A stretch of DNA of 64,000 nucleotides from Pedosphaera parvula Ellin514 (GTDB taxonomy: Bacteria; Verrucomicrobiota; Verrucomicrobiia; Limisphaerales; JADJPG01), in the NCBI GenBank assembly GCA_943332515.1, contig CALQPR010000013.1, positions 21,106-85,105 on the forward strand, given 5' to 3'. Below, piece by piece: positions 10,212-20,502 of this stretch. The notes under the pieces were generated by a model. The model did no database searches and was not told the DNA's origin. It was given only the letters and a program-made list of their open reading frames with translations. A program made the position numbers and the translations under genes. The number at the start of each line of letters is the position of its first letter. The first letter of the stretch is position 1.

Positions 10212-10223
10212 CCCATTTTTCTC

Positions 10224-11702
10224 ATGCAACGCATCGCATCAACGATCCTCCTCGCCGCCTTCACCACCACGGCCTTCGCCCAGAAGACCGAAACGATCAA
10301 GGCCGAGCGCGAGTTCTACGCCGTGACCACCGTGCCCACGCCGTCGGATCCTCCGATTGAAGTGTCCGGCCTGGAACTCATGCCCGACGGCAAGCTCGCC
10401 GTGGCCACGCGGCGCGGCGAAATCTGGATGGTGACCAATCCCGCCGACCCCGCGCCGATCTGGAAACGCTGGGCGCACGGGCTGCATGAGCCGCTCGGCA
10501 TTTCCTTCCGCGACGGCTGGCTCTGGGCCACGCAGCGACCGGAAGTCACGCGGATGAAAGACACGGACGGCGACGGACGTGCGGATGTTTTTGAAACCGT
10601 GGGCGGCCAGTGGGGCATCAACGGCGACTACCACGAATACGCTTTCGGCTCGCGGCCCGACAAGGACGGCGCGATCTGGAATGTTCTTTGCCTGACGGGT
10701 TCCGGCAGCGCGAACAGTCTCTTCCGCGGCTGGGCCATCCGCGTGTTTCCGGATGGACGATCCGAACCCATCGCCTGCGGGATCCGCTCGCCGGGCGGCA
10801 TCGGCTTTGCGCCCGATGGTGAGTGCTTTTACACGGACAACCAGGGACCGTGGAACGGCAGCTCCTCGTTGAAGCATCTCAAGGTCGGTTCCTTTCAGGG
10901 CCACCCCATCGGCAACAATGCGTTCGACACCGCCGCCAAAAAAGGAATCTCGCTGGGCGTATTGAGGAAGCGTCCAGCCGAGCCGAAGAGTGGCAGCCGC
11001 ATCGATGCCGAGCGCGGCACCGTGGAGGAATATGTTCCGCCCGCGGTCATCCTGCCGCACGGAATTCTCGGCCAGTCGCCGACCGGTATGTGCTTTGATC
11101 AAAGCGGAAAGTTCGGCCCGTTTCGCGGACAGATGTTCGTCGCAGAGCAGTCCTACTCGCTGCTGCAGCGCGTCTTCTTGGAAAAGGTGAACGGTGTCTG
11201 GCAGGGCGCGGCCTTTCATTTTCTCGCCGGCTTCGGCAGCGGCAACATCGCCACGCTAATGACGGCCGATGGAGTCCTCTACACTGGTGGCAGCGATCGG
11301 GGCTGGGGCGCGAAAGGCGGCAAGTCCTTCGCGCTGGATCGCGTCGCGTGGACGGGGAAAACGCCGTTTGAGATTCACGAACTGCGCGCAAAGCCGGACG
11401 GTTTCGAGCTGACCTTCACCCAGCCTGCTGATGCCAAATCCGCCGCTGACCCGGCGAGCTACCGCGCCGAGGCCTGGACCTATATTTACCAATCCAGCTA
11501 CGGCAGTCCCGAGGTGGACAAGGTGACTCCCCGCATCGTCGCGGCGACCGTGGGAGCCGACGGCCTGAGCGTCCGCCTCAAAATCGAACCGCTCACCAAA
11601 GGTCACGTCCACGCCATCAGCGCGCCCGGTCTGCGGAACGCGGAAGGCAAACCGCTGCTCCACGGCACCGGCTACTACACGCTGAACGAGATTCCGAAGT
11701 AG
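10224..11702 (+). CDS. Secreted beta-propeller protein, glucose/sorbosone dehydrogenase-like
   Basis: LAVATRRGEIW, GLHEPLG, DTDGDGRAD, YHEYAFG, GIRSPGGIG, YTDNQGPW; no CxxCH. Confidence 0.8.
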   Translation: MQRIASTILLAAFTTTAFAQKTETIKAEREFYAVTTVPTPSDPPIEVSGLELMPDGKLAVATRRGEIWMVTNPADPAPIWKRWAHGLHEPLGISFRDGWLWATQRPEVTRMKDTDGDGRADVFETVGGQWGINGDYHEYAFGSRPDKDGAIWNVLCLTGSGSANSLFRGWAIRVFPDGRSEPIACGIRSPGGIGFAPDGECFYTDNQGPWNGSSSLKHLKVGSFQGHPIGNNAFDTAAKKGISLGVLRKRPAEPKSGSRIDAERGTVEEYVPPAVILPHGILGQSPTGMCFDQSGKFGPFRGQMFVAEQSYSLLQRVFLEKVNGVWQGAAFHFLAGFGSGNIATLMTADGVLYTGGSDRGWGAKGGKSFALDRVAWTGKTPFEIHELRAKPDGFELTFTQPADAKSAADPASYRAEAWTYIYQSSYGSPEVDKVTPRIVAATVGADGLSVRLKIEPLTKGHVHAISAPGLRNAEGKPLLHGTGYYTLNEIPK

Positions 11703-11718
11703 ACTCCCCCGTCACCCC

Positions 11719-14700
11719 ATGATCCCAATTCATCTCACCCAGTTTGCCGCTGTTCTCCTCGGCCTTTTCGTGCTCGCTTCCGCGCGGGGAGAGGTCGTCT
11801 TTCAGCCCGACGACACCGTGCTCTGTTACGGCAACTCCATGGTCGAGCGCCTGTCCGAGCATGGCGAGCTGGAGGCGCTCGTGCAGCTCGCGCATCCGGA
11901 CAAGAAGCTCCGCTTCCGCAGCTTCGCCTGGACGGGCGACGAGGTCGGCTACCGGCTGCGGCCGGAGGGTTACGAAGCTTACATGAAAGCGCTGCTCAAG
12001 GAGTGGCCGGCCAGGGTCGTGATTGCGGGCTTCGGGATGAACGAGGCCTTCGGCGGCGCGGCGGGACTGGCGGATTTCCGCAAGCAGCTCGGCGGTTATC
12101 TCGACCAGCTCGCGCGGCTGCATCCCGGCGCAAAGCTCGTGCTGCTCGCGCCAACCGCCGTGGAACCCGGAGGGCAGGGGCTGGATGATGTCGCACGCAA
12201 TCGCGACGTGGCCGCCTACGCGCAGGCCGTCGGCGAGGCGGCGGGAAGGCGCGGGGCATTGTTTGTGGATTTATTCGCGGCGAGCCGGCAGGCGTATGCG
12301 AAAAGCAATTCGCGCCTGACCTCAAACGGCCTGCATCTCAACGACGCGGGCAATCACGAGATGGCCCAGGTCATCGCGCGCGCGCTGCTCGGCGATGCGG
12401 CGCTGGCGAAAGCGGACGCGGCCCGCGTGGCGGAGGTGGCCAAGGCCGTCGCGCGCAAAGCTTATTACGTCGCCGAGATTGTGCGCCCGAAGAACGCGGA
12501 TCTCTACTACGGCATCCGCAAGCGCCAGAGTGAATACAACGCGGAAATCCCGCGCTACCACCAGATGATCGCCGCGACGGAAGCCGTCGTGCATGAGCTG
12601 GCCGCGACGCCGGGCAGGAAGTTCGCCGACCTCCCGCTGCCGTGGCTGCCGCCGCCGCCGCCCATCAAAGGCGACGATGACGGGAAGAACACCGGGATCA
12701 TCAAGCCGCCCGCCGAGGCGCAGGCGGAGTTCAAAGTGGCCGACGGTTATACGGTGAATCTCTTCGCGTCCGAGGTGGAGTTTCCAGACTTGAAGAATCC
12801 CGTGCAGATCGCATTCGACGCGCGCGGTCGGCTCTGGGCCGTGACCATGCCGTCTTTTCCCCACACCGTGCCGGGCTTGCCGCCGCAGGACAAAATCATC
12901 GTGCTCGAAGACACCGACCACGACGGCAAGGCCGACAAATGCACGGCTTTCGCCGAAGGTTTCGACGCGCTCGACGGCGTCGCTTTCACCGAGGAGGGCG
13001 TCATCATTTCCGAGCAGCCGAAGCTCTGGCTGATGACCGACACCAACGGCGACGGCAAGGCCGACACGAAGCGCGAGCTGTTCCGCGGCATCGATGTGAC
13101 CGACTCGCATCATGGCGGGATGATTGCGACCGATCCCATCGGCCACGTTCTGTTCTGCGACGGCGTGTTTCACCGTTCCACGCTGGAGACGCCCTTCGGC
13201 GTGGTGCGCGGCATTGACGCCACGACCTACCGGCTGAACCCGCGCACCGGCCGCGTCGAGACCGAGTGGCAAAGCAACACGCCGAACCCGTGGAAGATCA
13301 CCTACGACCGCACCGGCAACATTTTCCAGATGTATGGCGACGGCCTGCCGCTCGACACCCTCGCGCTCACTTGGACGCCGCTTGGCGTGTATCATCCCTT
13401 CGGCTACGGCAACGCCGGGAGCAACGGCAAAGGCTCCGGCATCGCGAGCATCTCCAGCCCGAACTTCCCCGACGACTACCAGCAAGGCATGGCCAGCGCT
13501 TCGTTGCTCGGCAACTACACCGTCTCGCTTTGGAAATACGAATATGAGCGCGGCAACATGCGCGGCTCCAAACGCCTCGATGTCCTCTCCTCGCCGAACG
13601 CCGCCTTTCGCCCCGCCGATCTCGCGTTCGGCTTCGACGGCGCGCTCTACGTCTCGGATTTTTGCAGCGCCATCATCGGCCACGCGCAACATGCGATGCG
13701 CGACCCGAACTGGAACCACACGCACGGACGCATCTGGCGCGTGGTGCATGATGCGAAGCCGGTGGTGAAAACTTTCCCGCGCATCGAGGGTGCGCGCGTG
13801 CCTGAACTGCTCGCGCTGCTCCAGCATCCGCAGGACATCGTCCGGCATCACGCCCGCATCGAACTCCGGAAGTCCGGTGAGGCCATGCTCCCGGCCTTGG
13901 ACAAATGGATCGCCGGGATGGACCGCGCGAAACCGGAGTTCGACCAGTCCGCGCTGGAGGCGCTCTTCGTCGCCGAAGGGCTCGACCAGACTCGTCCCGC
14001 GCTGCTCGCCGAATTGCTGAAATCCCAATCCCCGCTGCATCGGGCCGCCGCCGTGCGCATGATCCGTTTCCAGGGCGACCGCCTGCCCAACACCGCCGAC
14101 CTGCTCCACGACATGGCCGCCGACCCGCACCCGCGCGTGCAGATGGAAGTCGTGGACGCCATCGCGCACCTCCGCCCCGCCATGCCCGCCGTCGAGCACG
14201 CGTTGCACGGCCTCACCACCGCCCACGTCGACGTGCAGCACATGCTCGCCGACCTCAAGCACGGCACCAAACCCGCCAAAGGCCGCAGTGTCCCCGTTCT
14301 CGAAATCGCGCCCGAAACCCGTCTCACCCAGTGGCTCGACCTCGGCAAAGGCGCGCGCCGCACCTTCGTCCAGGCCGACGCCGCGCAGCCCGCCGTCCTC
14401 TCCGTCCGCCACGGCTACCTCGACATCCTCGTCAACGGCGTCCAGCTCCTCTCCTCCGACTCGATGTGGATCAACGACCAGCAGGTCCAGCTCGAACTCC
14501 GTGCTGGCCTGAACGTCCTCGACATCACCTTCCGCAACACGAAAAACCCGCCGTCCGTCTTCCTCTACGACCCGCTCGGCCAGCGTCTCACCACCGCGCG
14601 CGCCGCCGCCGACACCAACACCCTCAGTGCCTTCGCCGCCGAGTTCGACAAGGCGAGCGCCGCTCTCGGCGACGCGCTCATCGTCCAGGCCGTGCCGAAC

Positions 14701-15042
14701 AAAATGCAGTTCGCACCCAAGGAATTCCGGGTGAAAGCCGGCGCGAAAGTACGCCTCATTTTCGAGAACCCCGACCTGATGATCCATAACCTCCTCATCC
14801 TCGCGCCCGGTTCCGCCGAGGAAGTTGGCGCGCTCGCCGACAAGCTCGCCGCCCAGCCGGATGGCCTCGCGCGCAGCTATATCCCCGACTCGAAGAAAAT
14901 CCTCCACGCCACCCCGCTGGTGCAGCCGAAGCGGAAAGCCGAGCTGGTTTTCACCGCCCCCGTCGAGCCGGGCAGCTATCCCTTCATCTGTACCTTCCCC
15001 GGCCACTGGCGCATCATGCGCGGCGTGATGTTGGTGGAGTAA
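11719..15042 (+). CDS. SGNH/GDSL domain + PVC-type dehydrogenase beta-propeller + HEAT repeats + C-terminal azurin domain
   Basis: CYGNSMVE, FGMNE, NGLHLND (SGNH); FASE...NPVQIAFDARGRLW, DTDHDGKAD, FRPADLAFGFDGALYVSD (propeller); MIHNLL and FICTFPGHWRIM (type-1 Cu). Confidence 0.85.
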   Translation: MIPIHLTQFAAVLLGLFVLASARGEVVFQPDDTVLCYGNSMVERLSEHGELEALVQLAHPDKKLRFRSFAWTGDEVGYRLRPEGYEAYMKALLKEWPARVVIAGFGMNEAFGGAAGLADFRKQLGGYLDQLARLHPGAKLVLLAPTAVEPGGQGLDDVARNRDVAAYAQAVGEAAGRRGALFVDLFAASRQAYAKSNSRLTSNGLHLNDAGNHEMAQVIARALLGDAALAKADAARVAEVAKAVARKAYYVAEIVRPKNADLYYGIRKRQSEYNAEIPRYHQMIAATEAVVHELAATPGRKFADLPLPWLPPPPPIKGDDDGKNTGIIKPPAEAQAEFKVADGYTVNLFASEVEFPDLKNPVQIAFDARGRLWAVTMPSFPHTVPGLPPQDKIIVLEDTDHDGKADKCTAFAEGFDALDGVAFTEEGVIISEQPKLWLMTDTNGDGKADTKRELFRGIDVTDSHHGGMIATDPIGHVLFCDGVFHRSTLETPFGVVRGIDATTYRLNPRTGRVETEWQSNTPNPWKITYDRTGNIFQMYGDGLPLDTLALTWTPLGVYHPFGYGNAGSNGKGSGIASISSPNFPDDYQQGMASASLLGNYTVSLWKYEYERGNMRGSKRLDVLSSPNAAFRPADLAFGFDGALYVSDFCSAIIGHAQHAMRDPNWNHTHGRIWRVVHDAKPVVKTFPRIEGARVPELLALLQHPQDIVRHHARIELRKSGEAMLPALDKWIAGMDRAKPEFDQSALEALFVAEGLDQTRPALLAELLKSQSPLHRAAAVRMIRFQGDRLPNTADLLHDMAADPHPRVQMEVVDAIAHLRPAMPAVEHALHGLTTAHVDVQHMLADLKHGTKPAKGRSVPVLEIAPETRLTQWLDLGKGARRTFVQADAAQPAVLSVRHGYLDILVNGVQLLSSDSMWINDQQVQLELRAGLNVLDITFRNTKNPPSVFLYDPLGQRLTTARAAADTNTLSAFAAEFDKASAALGDALIVQAVPNKMQFAPKEFRVKAGAKVRLIFENPDLMIHNLLILAPGSAEEVGALADKLAAQPDGLARSYIPDSKKILHATPLVQPKRKAELVFTAPVEPGSYPFICTFPGHWRIMRGVMLVE

Positions 15043-15147
15043 CGGACAACCCCGGCCTGCTCAAAGAGAAAGACCACCAGCTCAATTGAAGCCCTGCTTT
15101 ACCAGGAACTGATTCCGCGATGGCGCGATGCAACCCTCCATCATGAC

Positions 15148-18100
15148 ATGAATCTGCAATACCTGTTCACTCGAGTCTCACTGGCCCTGCTGGCGGCGCT
15201 GGTGTTTTCCGGAACCGCCTCCGCCCAGTATCCGGGCTGGCAACATTCCGGATCGCTTTACATCGTGACCACACCGGAGGGCGCGAATCTGCCGGCCTCT
15301 GCCACCGAAACCAACTTCCCGTTGCTCGTCCGGTTGAACAAAGATTTCTTCAACTTCAGTGAGGCGAAGGCCGGCGGAGCTGACCTCCGCTTTTCCAGCA
15401 GCACCGGCTCGCCGCTGCCCTGCCAGATCGAGCAGTGGGATACCGCGAACGGAACTGCGAACGTCTGGGTGCTCATCCCGCAAATCAAAGGCAACGACCG
15501 GCAGGAAATAAAACTGCACTGGGGCAAGGCTGATGCCGCAAGCGAATCGAAAGGTTCTGCGGTGTTCACTTCCGCGAACGGCTTCGCCAGCGTGCTGCAC
15601 ATGGACGAGGCGCTGCGCGACGAACTCGATTCGCTCACGCTCAAAGATCAGGGCACGACCACGTCGGCTGGCCTCATCGGCGAGGCGCGTCATCTCACGC
15701 GCGGCCAGGGAATTCTCGGCGGCGCGCACGTCACCAACTATCCGTTCGGCGATGGCGCGTTCACTTCGGAGGCGTGGTTCCGTCCGGAACTGGCGGGGAC
15801 GACGGTTTTTTACTGGGGCCGCTACGCCACGCGGCTCAATGGCAAAACGGGTGACGGCAACGAAGTGGGCCTCAACATCGGGGCGCCCGCGAGTCTGGGC
15901 TGGGCTTCCGACGGACCCGGCGGAGCCAGCGCGGCGACGGTGCCTGTCTTGGGACAATGGAATCACGTCGCCGCAACCTATGAAAACGGCACCAATAAAA
16001 TCTACGTGAACGGCCGGCTCGATGGCACTCGTTACCACAAGGCCGCGATGTCGATCGTGAAAGACATCGTGGTGAGCATCGGCGGGATGCGCGGGACAGA
16101 CTTCCGTTACATCGGCGACATTGACGAGATGCGCGTCTCTCGCGTCGCCCGTTCGGCGGACTGGATGAAGCTGCAGTACGAAAATCAGAACGCCATGCAG
16201 TCGCTGGTCGGACCCATCGTGCAGAAGGGCGCTGAATTTGCCCTGAGCGAAACCTCGATCAAAATGCTGGAAGGCCAGAGCGTCACGGTCGTGGCCAAGG
16301 CGGGTGGAGCGCAGAAGATTTATTGGACACTCAAAAGGGACGGCGTGGAAACGCTCGCGGCGGTGGACCGGTTTTCCTTCACGCTGCCGGCTGGTCGAGT
16401 GACGGCGAACACCGCGTTGACGCTGCAATGCAAGGCCGTGTTTGCGGACGGAGTAAAGACCAGGGACATCCCGGTCGCGATCACGGAAGACATTCCTGAA
16501 CCGGTCGTCACGCTGAAAGCGCCGACGCGCTGGAATGGACGGGATACCATTGAAATTGTTCCGATGGTCAACAATCTCGCGGCGATGCGCGCCAAGGGAG
16601 CGGGAGAATTGAAGACGACCTGGGCCGTTTCTGGCGGCGCCGTGACCAAGGAAATCAAAGCCGACAGGCTCATCCTCAACCGCTCCCAATATAGCGGCAT
16701 CATCACCGTACGAGCGGCGGTCAACAACGGCGGCGCGGACACGATCGCCACGACGGTGATCGCGGTGACCGAACCAAAGAAGGACGCGTGGGTGCAGCGG
16801 ACTCCGGGGAAAAATGAACAACCCGAGGAGAATCAGTTCTACGCGCGCGACGACCAGAACGAGGGCACGCTCTTCTACAACGGCAAGCTCGACCAGGCGG
16901 CCGCCGCCGTGTTTCTCAAGCTCTACGCCGACGACAAGCTCATCAAGACCCTTAGCCAGAAGCCAGGGGCGGACAAGAGCTATGCGTTCACGGCTAAACT
17001 CAAGCCGGGCCTGATCAAATACAAAGTCGAGTTCGGCACGAAGACCGTCGGTGCGGAATTGGTTTTGAAAACGGTGGGCAATCTCATTTGCGGCGACGCC
17101 TACATCATCGAGGGACAATCCAATGCCGAAGCCACCGGGCCGAACAACGGGCCAGCCGTGGACGCCGAAACCCCGCTCAACACCTGGATTCGCAGCTACG
17201 GCAATCAGCATGAGGGCAGCACCAAGGGAGGTTGGGGCAACGCCATTCGCACCCGGATCTGGGGCAGGGCGGATTACGGCGTCGGCCAGATTGGCTCCTG
17301 GGGCATGGTGCTCGCGACCAACCTGGTGACGAAGCATCGGATTCCCATCTGCTTCATCAACAGCGCCTATGGCGGCACGCCCATCTTTCTGCACCAGCCG
17401 AATCCCACCAATCACTTTGATACGAGCGGCGAATTCTACGTCAGCCCCTACAAGATTTATGGCGGACTGCTCACGCGCGTGGCGGCTGCCAGACTGACGC
17501 ACGGCATTCGCGGCGTGCTCTGGCATCAGGGCGAGAACGACCAAGGCAGCGGCGCGCCCACCGGCGACAGCAACTGGAAATCCTATCAGCAATACTTCAT
17601 GGACATGACCGCCGCCTGGAAGCAGGACTTTCCGAATGTTCAGCGCTACTACGTTTTTCAAATCTGGCCGAGCGGCTGCAGCATGGGCGGCACAGTGGCG
17701 GGTGACATGTTGCTGGAAATGCAGCGCACCTTGCCGTCGCTCTATTCCAACCTCCGCATCATGTCCACGCTCGGCATTGTCAGCAAATCGAGCGGGCGCG
17801 GGCTGTGTCATTTTGATGAGGAAGGTTACGCGCAGATCGCCCGACTGGTCAGCCCGCTGGTGGAACAGGACAACTTCGGACTGGATCGGGCCAAAGTGTT
17901 CAGCGCGCCGAATCTCCAGCGCGCGTACTTCACCAGCGCCGCGAAGAACGAAATCACCCTGGAGTTCGATCAGCCCATGATTTGGAAAGAGGAATGCAAA
18001 GCGTGGATCGAACTCGACGGAAAAGCCGCCCTCGTCAGCTCCGGCAAGGTCGCAGGCCACGCCATCACACTCCAACTGAGCGCGCCGAGCCGGGCGAACT

Positions 18101-18225
18101 CCATCAGCTACATTTCCGGGAGATCGTGGGACGGAAAACCGGACAAGCTGCTCTACGGCGCCAACGGCATTGCCGCGCTGGCGTTTTCGGCGGTGACAAT
18201 CGAACCAAAACCGACGAAACGCTGA
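15148..18225 (+). CDS. DUF2341-like + LamG + C-terminal SASA esterase multidomain secreted protein
   Basis: NFPLLVRL...GADLRF...QIEQWD; WNHVAATY...IYVNG...GDIDEMRVSRVARS (LamG); GDAYIIEGQSN, GVLWHQGEND, CHF (SASA). Confidence 0.82.
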   Translation: MNLQYLFTRVSLALLAALVFSGTASAQYPGWQHSGSLYIVTTPEGANLPASATETNFPLLVRLNKDFFNFSEAKAGGADLRFSSSTGSPLPCQIEQWDTANGTANVWVLIPQIKGNDRQEIKLHWGKADAASESKGSAVFTSANGFASVLHMDEALRDELDSLTLKDQGTTTSAGLIGEARHLTRGQGILGGAHVTNYPFGDGAFTSEAWFRPELAGTTVFYWGRYATRLNGKTGDGNEVGLNIGAPASLGWASDGPGGASAATVPVLGQWNHVAATYENGTNKIYVNGRLDGTRYHKAAMSIVKDIVVSIGGMRGTDFRYIGDIDEMRVSRVARSADWMKLQYENQNAMQSLVGPIVQKGAEFALSETSIKMLEGQSVTVVAKAGGAQKIYWTLKRDGVETLAAVDRFSFTLPAGRVTANTALTLQCKAVFADGVKTRDIPVAITEDIPEPVVTLKAPTRWNGRDTIEIVPMVNNLAAMRAKGAGELKTTWAVSGGAVTKEIKADRLILNRSQYSGIITVRAAVNNGGADTIATTVIAVTEPKKDAWVQRTPGKNEQPEENQFYARDDQNEGTLFYNGKLDQAAAAVFLKLYADDKLIKTLSQKPGADKSYAFTAKLKPGLIKYKVEFGTKTVGAELVLKTVGNLICGDAYIIEGQSNAEATGPNNGPAVDAETPLNTWIRSYGNQHEGSTKGGWGNAIRTRIWGRADYGVGQIGSWGMVLATNLVTKHRIPICFINSAYGGTPIFLHQPNPTNHFDTSGEFYVSPYKIYGGLLTRVAAARLTHGIRGVLWHQGENDQGSGAPTGDSNWKSYQQYFMDMTAAWKQDFPNVQRYYVFQIWPSGCSMGGTVAGDMLLEMQRTLPSLYSNLRIMSTLGIVSKSSGRGLCHFDEEGYAQIARLVSPLVEQDNFGLDRAKVFSAPNLQRAYFTSAAKNEITLEFDQPMIWKEECKAWIELDGKAALVSSGKVAGHAITLQLSAPSRANSISYISGRSWDGKPDKLLYGANGIAALAFSAVTIEPKPTKR

Positions 18226-18309
18226 GCCCGCCGTTTGCCCAGTTTTGCTACCATGAAATCTCACGATGCAGGTGACACGACGAGGCTGGAGCCAAAGGAC
18301 ATCAAGCGG

Positions 18310-20502
18310 ATGATGCGCTCTTTCGTCACGTTGCTCCTGTCGCTGATGTTTGGGGCATGCACTGCGGCGCAGGCGGTGGACTTCCCAGCTGACGTCAAAC
18401 CGATCTTCCAGACGCACTGCTACAAATGTCATGGCCCGGGCAAGGACAAGGGCGGGTTCTCCCTCGCCAGTCGCGCGCGGGCGATGGAAGGAGGAGAAGA
18501 AGGATTAGCCATCGTTCCCGGAAAGAGCACGGCGAGTCCGTTGATCCAGCGCATCACGTCGTCGATTGAAGACAAGATGATGCCGCCGGAAGGCGAGCGC
18601 CTGAGCGCGGCGCAGATCGGTGTCATCCGCGCGTGGATCGATCAGGGCGCGGCGTGGCCGGTGAGTGCGGACGAGCGCGACCCACGGTTCGCCAAGGCGG
18701 CAGATCATTGGTCGTTTAAGGAACTGAAAAGACCCGCGCCGCCCGACGTCCGGAGCGGTTGGATCGTGTCGCCCATCGACGCGTTTATCCTGGAGAAGCT
18801 CAAGAAGTCCGGACTGAAACCTGCGCGGCCCGCGACCAAGGAAGCGCTGCTTCGACGGGTGTCCTTCGACCTCACCGGCCTGCCTTCCACTCCCGAGGAA
18901 ATTGCGGTGTTCGTGGGAGATACCCGCGCGGATGCGTTCGAGAAAATTGTGGATCGCCTGCTGGACTCGCCGGCCTATGGCGAGCGCGGGGCGCGGCGCT
19001 GGCTGGATGTGGTGCGCTATGCGGATTCAGGCGGCTACGAGACGGATATTTTCTACGAGCAGGCCTGGCGCTATCGCGATTACGTCATTCAGAGCTTCAA
19101 TCACGACAAACCCTACGACCGCTTCCTGATGGAGCAGGTCGCCGGGGACGAGCTGTGGCCCGAGCGCGGCGATGCGATGCAGGACGCGGTGGCGGTTTGG
19201 ACGCTGGGCGAGTGGCCCAACGCGCTCGATGCGTATCCAGAGATGCTGGAGTATGTGCGGCGAACGGACCAGGTGAGCACGCTGAGCGAAGCGACGTTGG
19301 GACTCACGGTGGGTTGCGCGAATTGTCACGATCACAAGTATGACCCTGTTACTCAGCGCGATTATTTTGGTCTCGAAGCGATCTTCGCCGGGAGCGAGAC
19401 CTGGAACCGGAACACCAAATCGAAGGCCTGGGGCAAGGGTGAACGAACCGCCTATCGTGCCGTGCGTCACGCTGAGAAGCCGGCAGCCATCCATCTGCTG
19501 ACGCGCGGTGAACTGACCAAGCCGACCAAGCTCATCGCGCCAGCCTTGCCGGCGTTTTTGCCCGGCGGCGGAGCGCTTCCGGGCGGACCAGATGAAAGCA
19601 AAATACGCCGCGCCCAACTCGCACGATGGATTGTGTCGCCGCAGAATCCGCTCACGGCGCGGGTCATGGCGAATCGGGTTTGGCAATGGCACTTCGGTCA
19701 GGCGCTCGCGCTCACGCCGAATGACCTCGGGACACAGGGCGCGCCACCGTCGCATCCGGAACTGCTCGACTGGCTGGCGTCGGAGCTGGTCGGGAATGGC
19801 TGGAGTTTGAAACGGCTCCATCGCTTGATCCTGCTGTCGTCGACCTACCGTCAGTCGGCCGTGCGCGAATCAAAGGCCATCGCGGCGGATCCGCAGAACC
19901 GTTTGCTGGCTGGCTTTCCGCGACGTCGTCTGGAGGCGGAGGAAGTGTGGGATCATTTGCACGCGGCGGCCGGGACACTCGACCGGAAGCAGTTCGGTCC
20001 GCCCTTTGTCCCGAAGCTTTCTGCGGAGGAATTGCAGGGCATGTATGATCTCGAAAACAAACGGGAGCTGAAATGGCCCGTCACGCCGGAGCAGAATCGC
20101 CGGGCGATCTACATCTTGAACCGTCGTTCGTTCCGCTTCCCGTTCTTCGAGGCGTTCGATCCGCCGAACACCGCCGTGAGCTGTCCGCTTCGCCAAACCA
20201 CGACCGTGCCCGCCCAGGCGCTGACGCTGTTGAACAACCGCATCGTCGGCGAGCAGGCGCGGGTCATGGCGGAGCGCCTCACTCGCGATGCGGGAGGCGA
20301 CGTGGAATCATTTGTGAAACAGGCTTGGTTGCTCGCCTACAGCCGCACGGCAAGCCGCAGCGAAGTTCGGCTCGCCCGGGATTTCATCGCCGCATCGGAA
20401 GCCGCCCATACGAAGGCCGGAGACAAGGACGCTCGCGCCACCGCGCTGCGGGAGTTCTGCCTGGGCGTCATGAACACGACCGAATTCATCTACTCCAACT
20501 GA
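18310..20502 (+). CDS. Planctomycete cytochrome c (PSCyt1) + DUF1549 + DUF1553 protein
   Basis: CYKCH and CANCHDHKYDP heme motifs; LLRRVSFDLTGLP, WLDVVRYADS, NPLTARVMANRVWQWHFG, PSHPELLDWLA. Start could instead be 18253. Confidence 0.87.
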   Translation: MMRSFVTLLLSLMFGACTAAQAVDFPADVKPIFQTHCYKCHGPGKDKGGFSLASRARAMEGGEEGLAIVPGKSTASPLIQRITSSIEDKMMPPEGERLSAAQIGVIRAWIDQGAAWPVSADERDPRFAKAADHWSFKELKRPAPPDVRSGWIVSPIDAFILEKLKKSGLKPARPATKEALLRRVSFDLTGLPSTPEEIAVFVGDTRADAFEKIVDRLLDSPAYGERGARRWLDVVRYADSGGYETDIFYEQAWRYRDYVIQSFNHDKPYDRFLMEQVAGDELWPERGDAMQDAVAVWTLGEWPNALDAYPEMLEYVRRTDQVSTLSEATLGLTVGCANCHDHKYDPVTQRDYFGLEAIFAGSETWNRNTKSKAWGKGERTAYRAVRHAEKPAAIHLLTRGELTKPTKLIAPALPAFLPGGGALPGGPDESKIRRAQLARWIVSPQNPLTARVMANRVWQWHFGQALALTPNDLGTQGAPPSHPELLDWLASELVGNGWSLKRLHRLILLSSTYRQSAVRESKAIAADPQNRLLAGFPRRRLEAEEVWDHLHAAAGTLDRKQFGPPFVPKLSAEELQGMYDLENKRELKWPVTPEQNRRAIYILNRRSFRFPFFEAFDPPNTAVSCPLRQTTTVPAQALTLLNNRIVGEQARVMAERLTRDAGGDVESFVKQAWLLAYSRTASRSEVRLARDFIAASEAAHTKAGDKDARATALREFCLGVMNTTEFIYSN

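Noticed and set aside
14040..14700. Strongly C-skewed stretch inside the propeller-azurin gene
   Set aside because: Explained by C-ending codon preference; no repeat unit or element boundary visible.
4098..18432. Very long antisense ORFs (4098-7361, 12322-15006, 15178-18432) and similar ones elsewhere
   Set aside because: They shadow well-supported sense genes; stop-poor antisense frames are expected with high GC3, and they carry no recognisable motifs.
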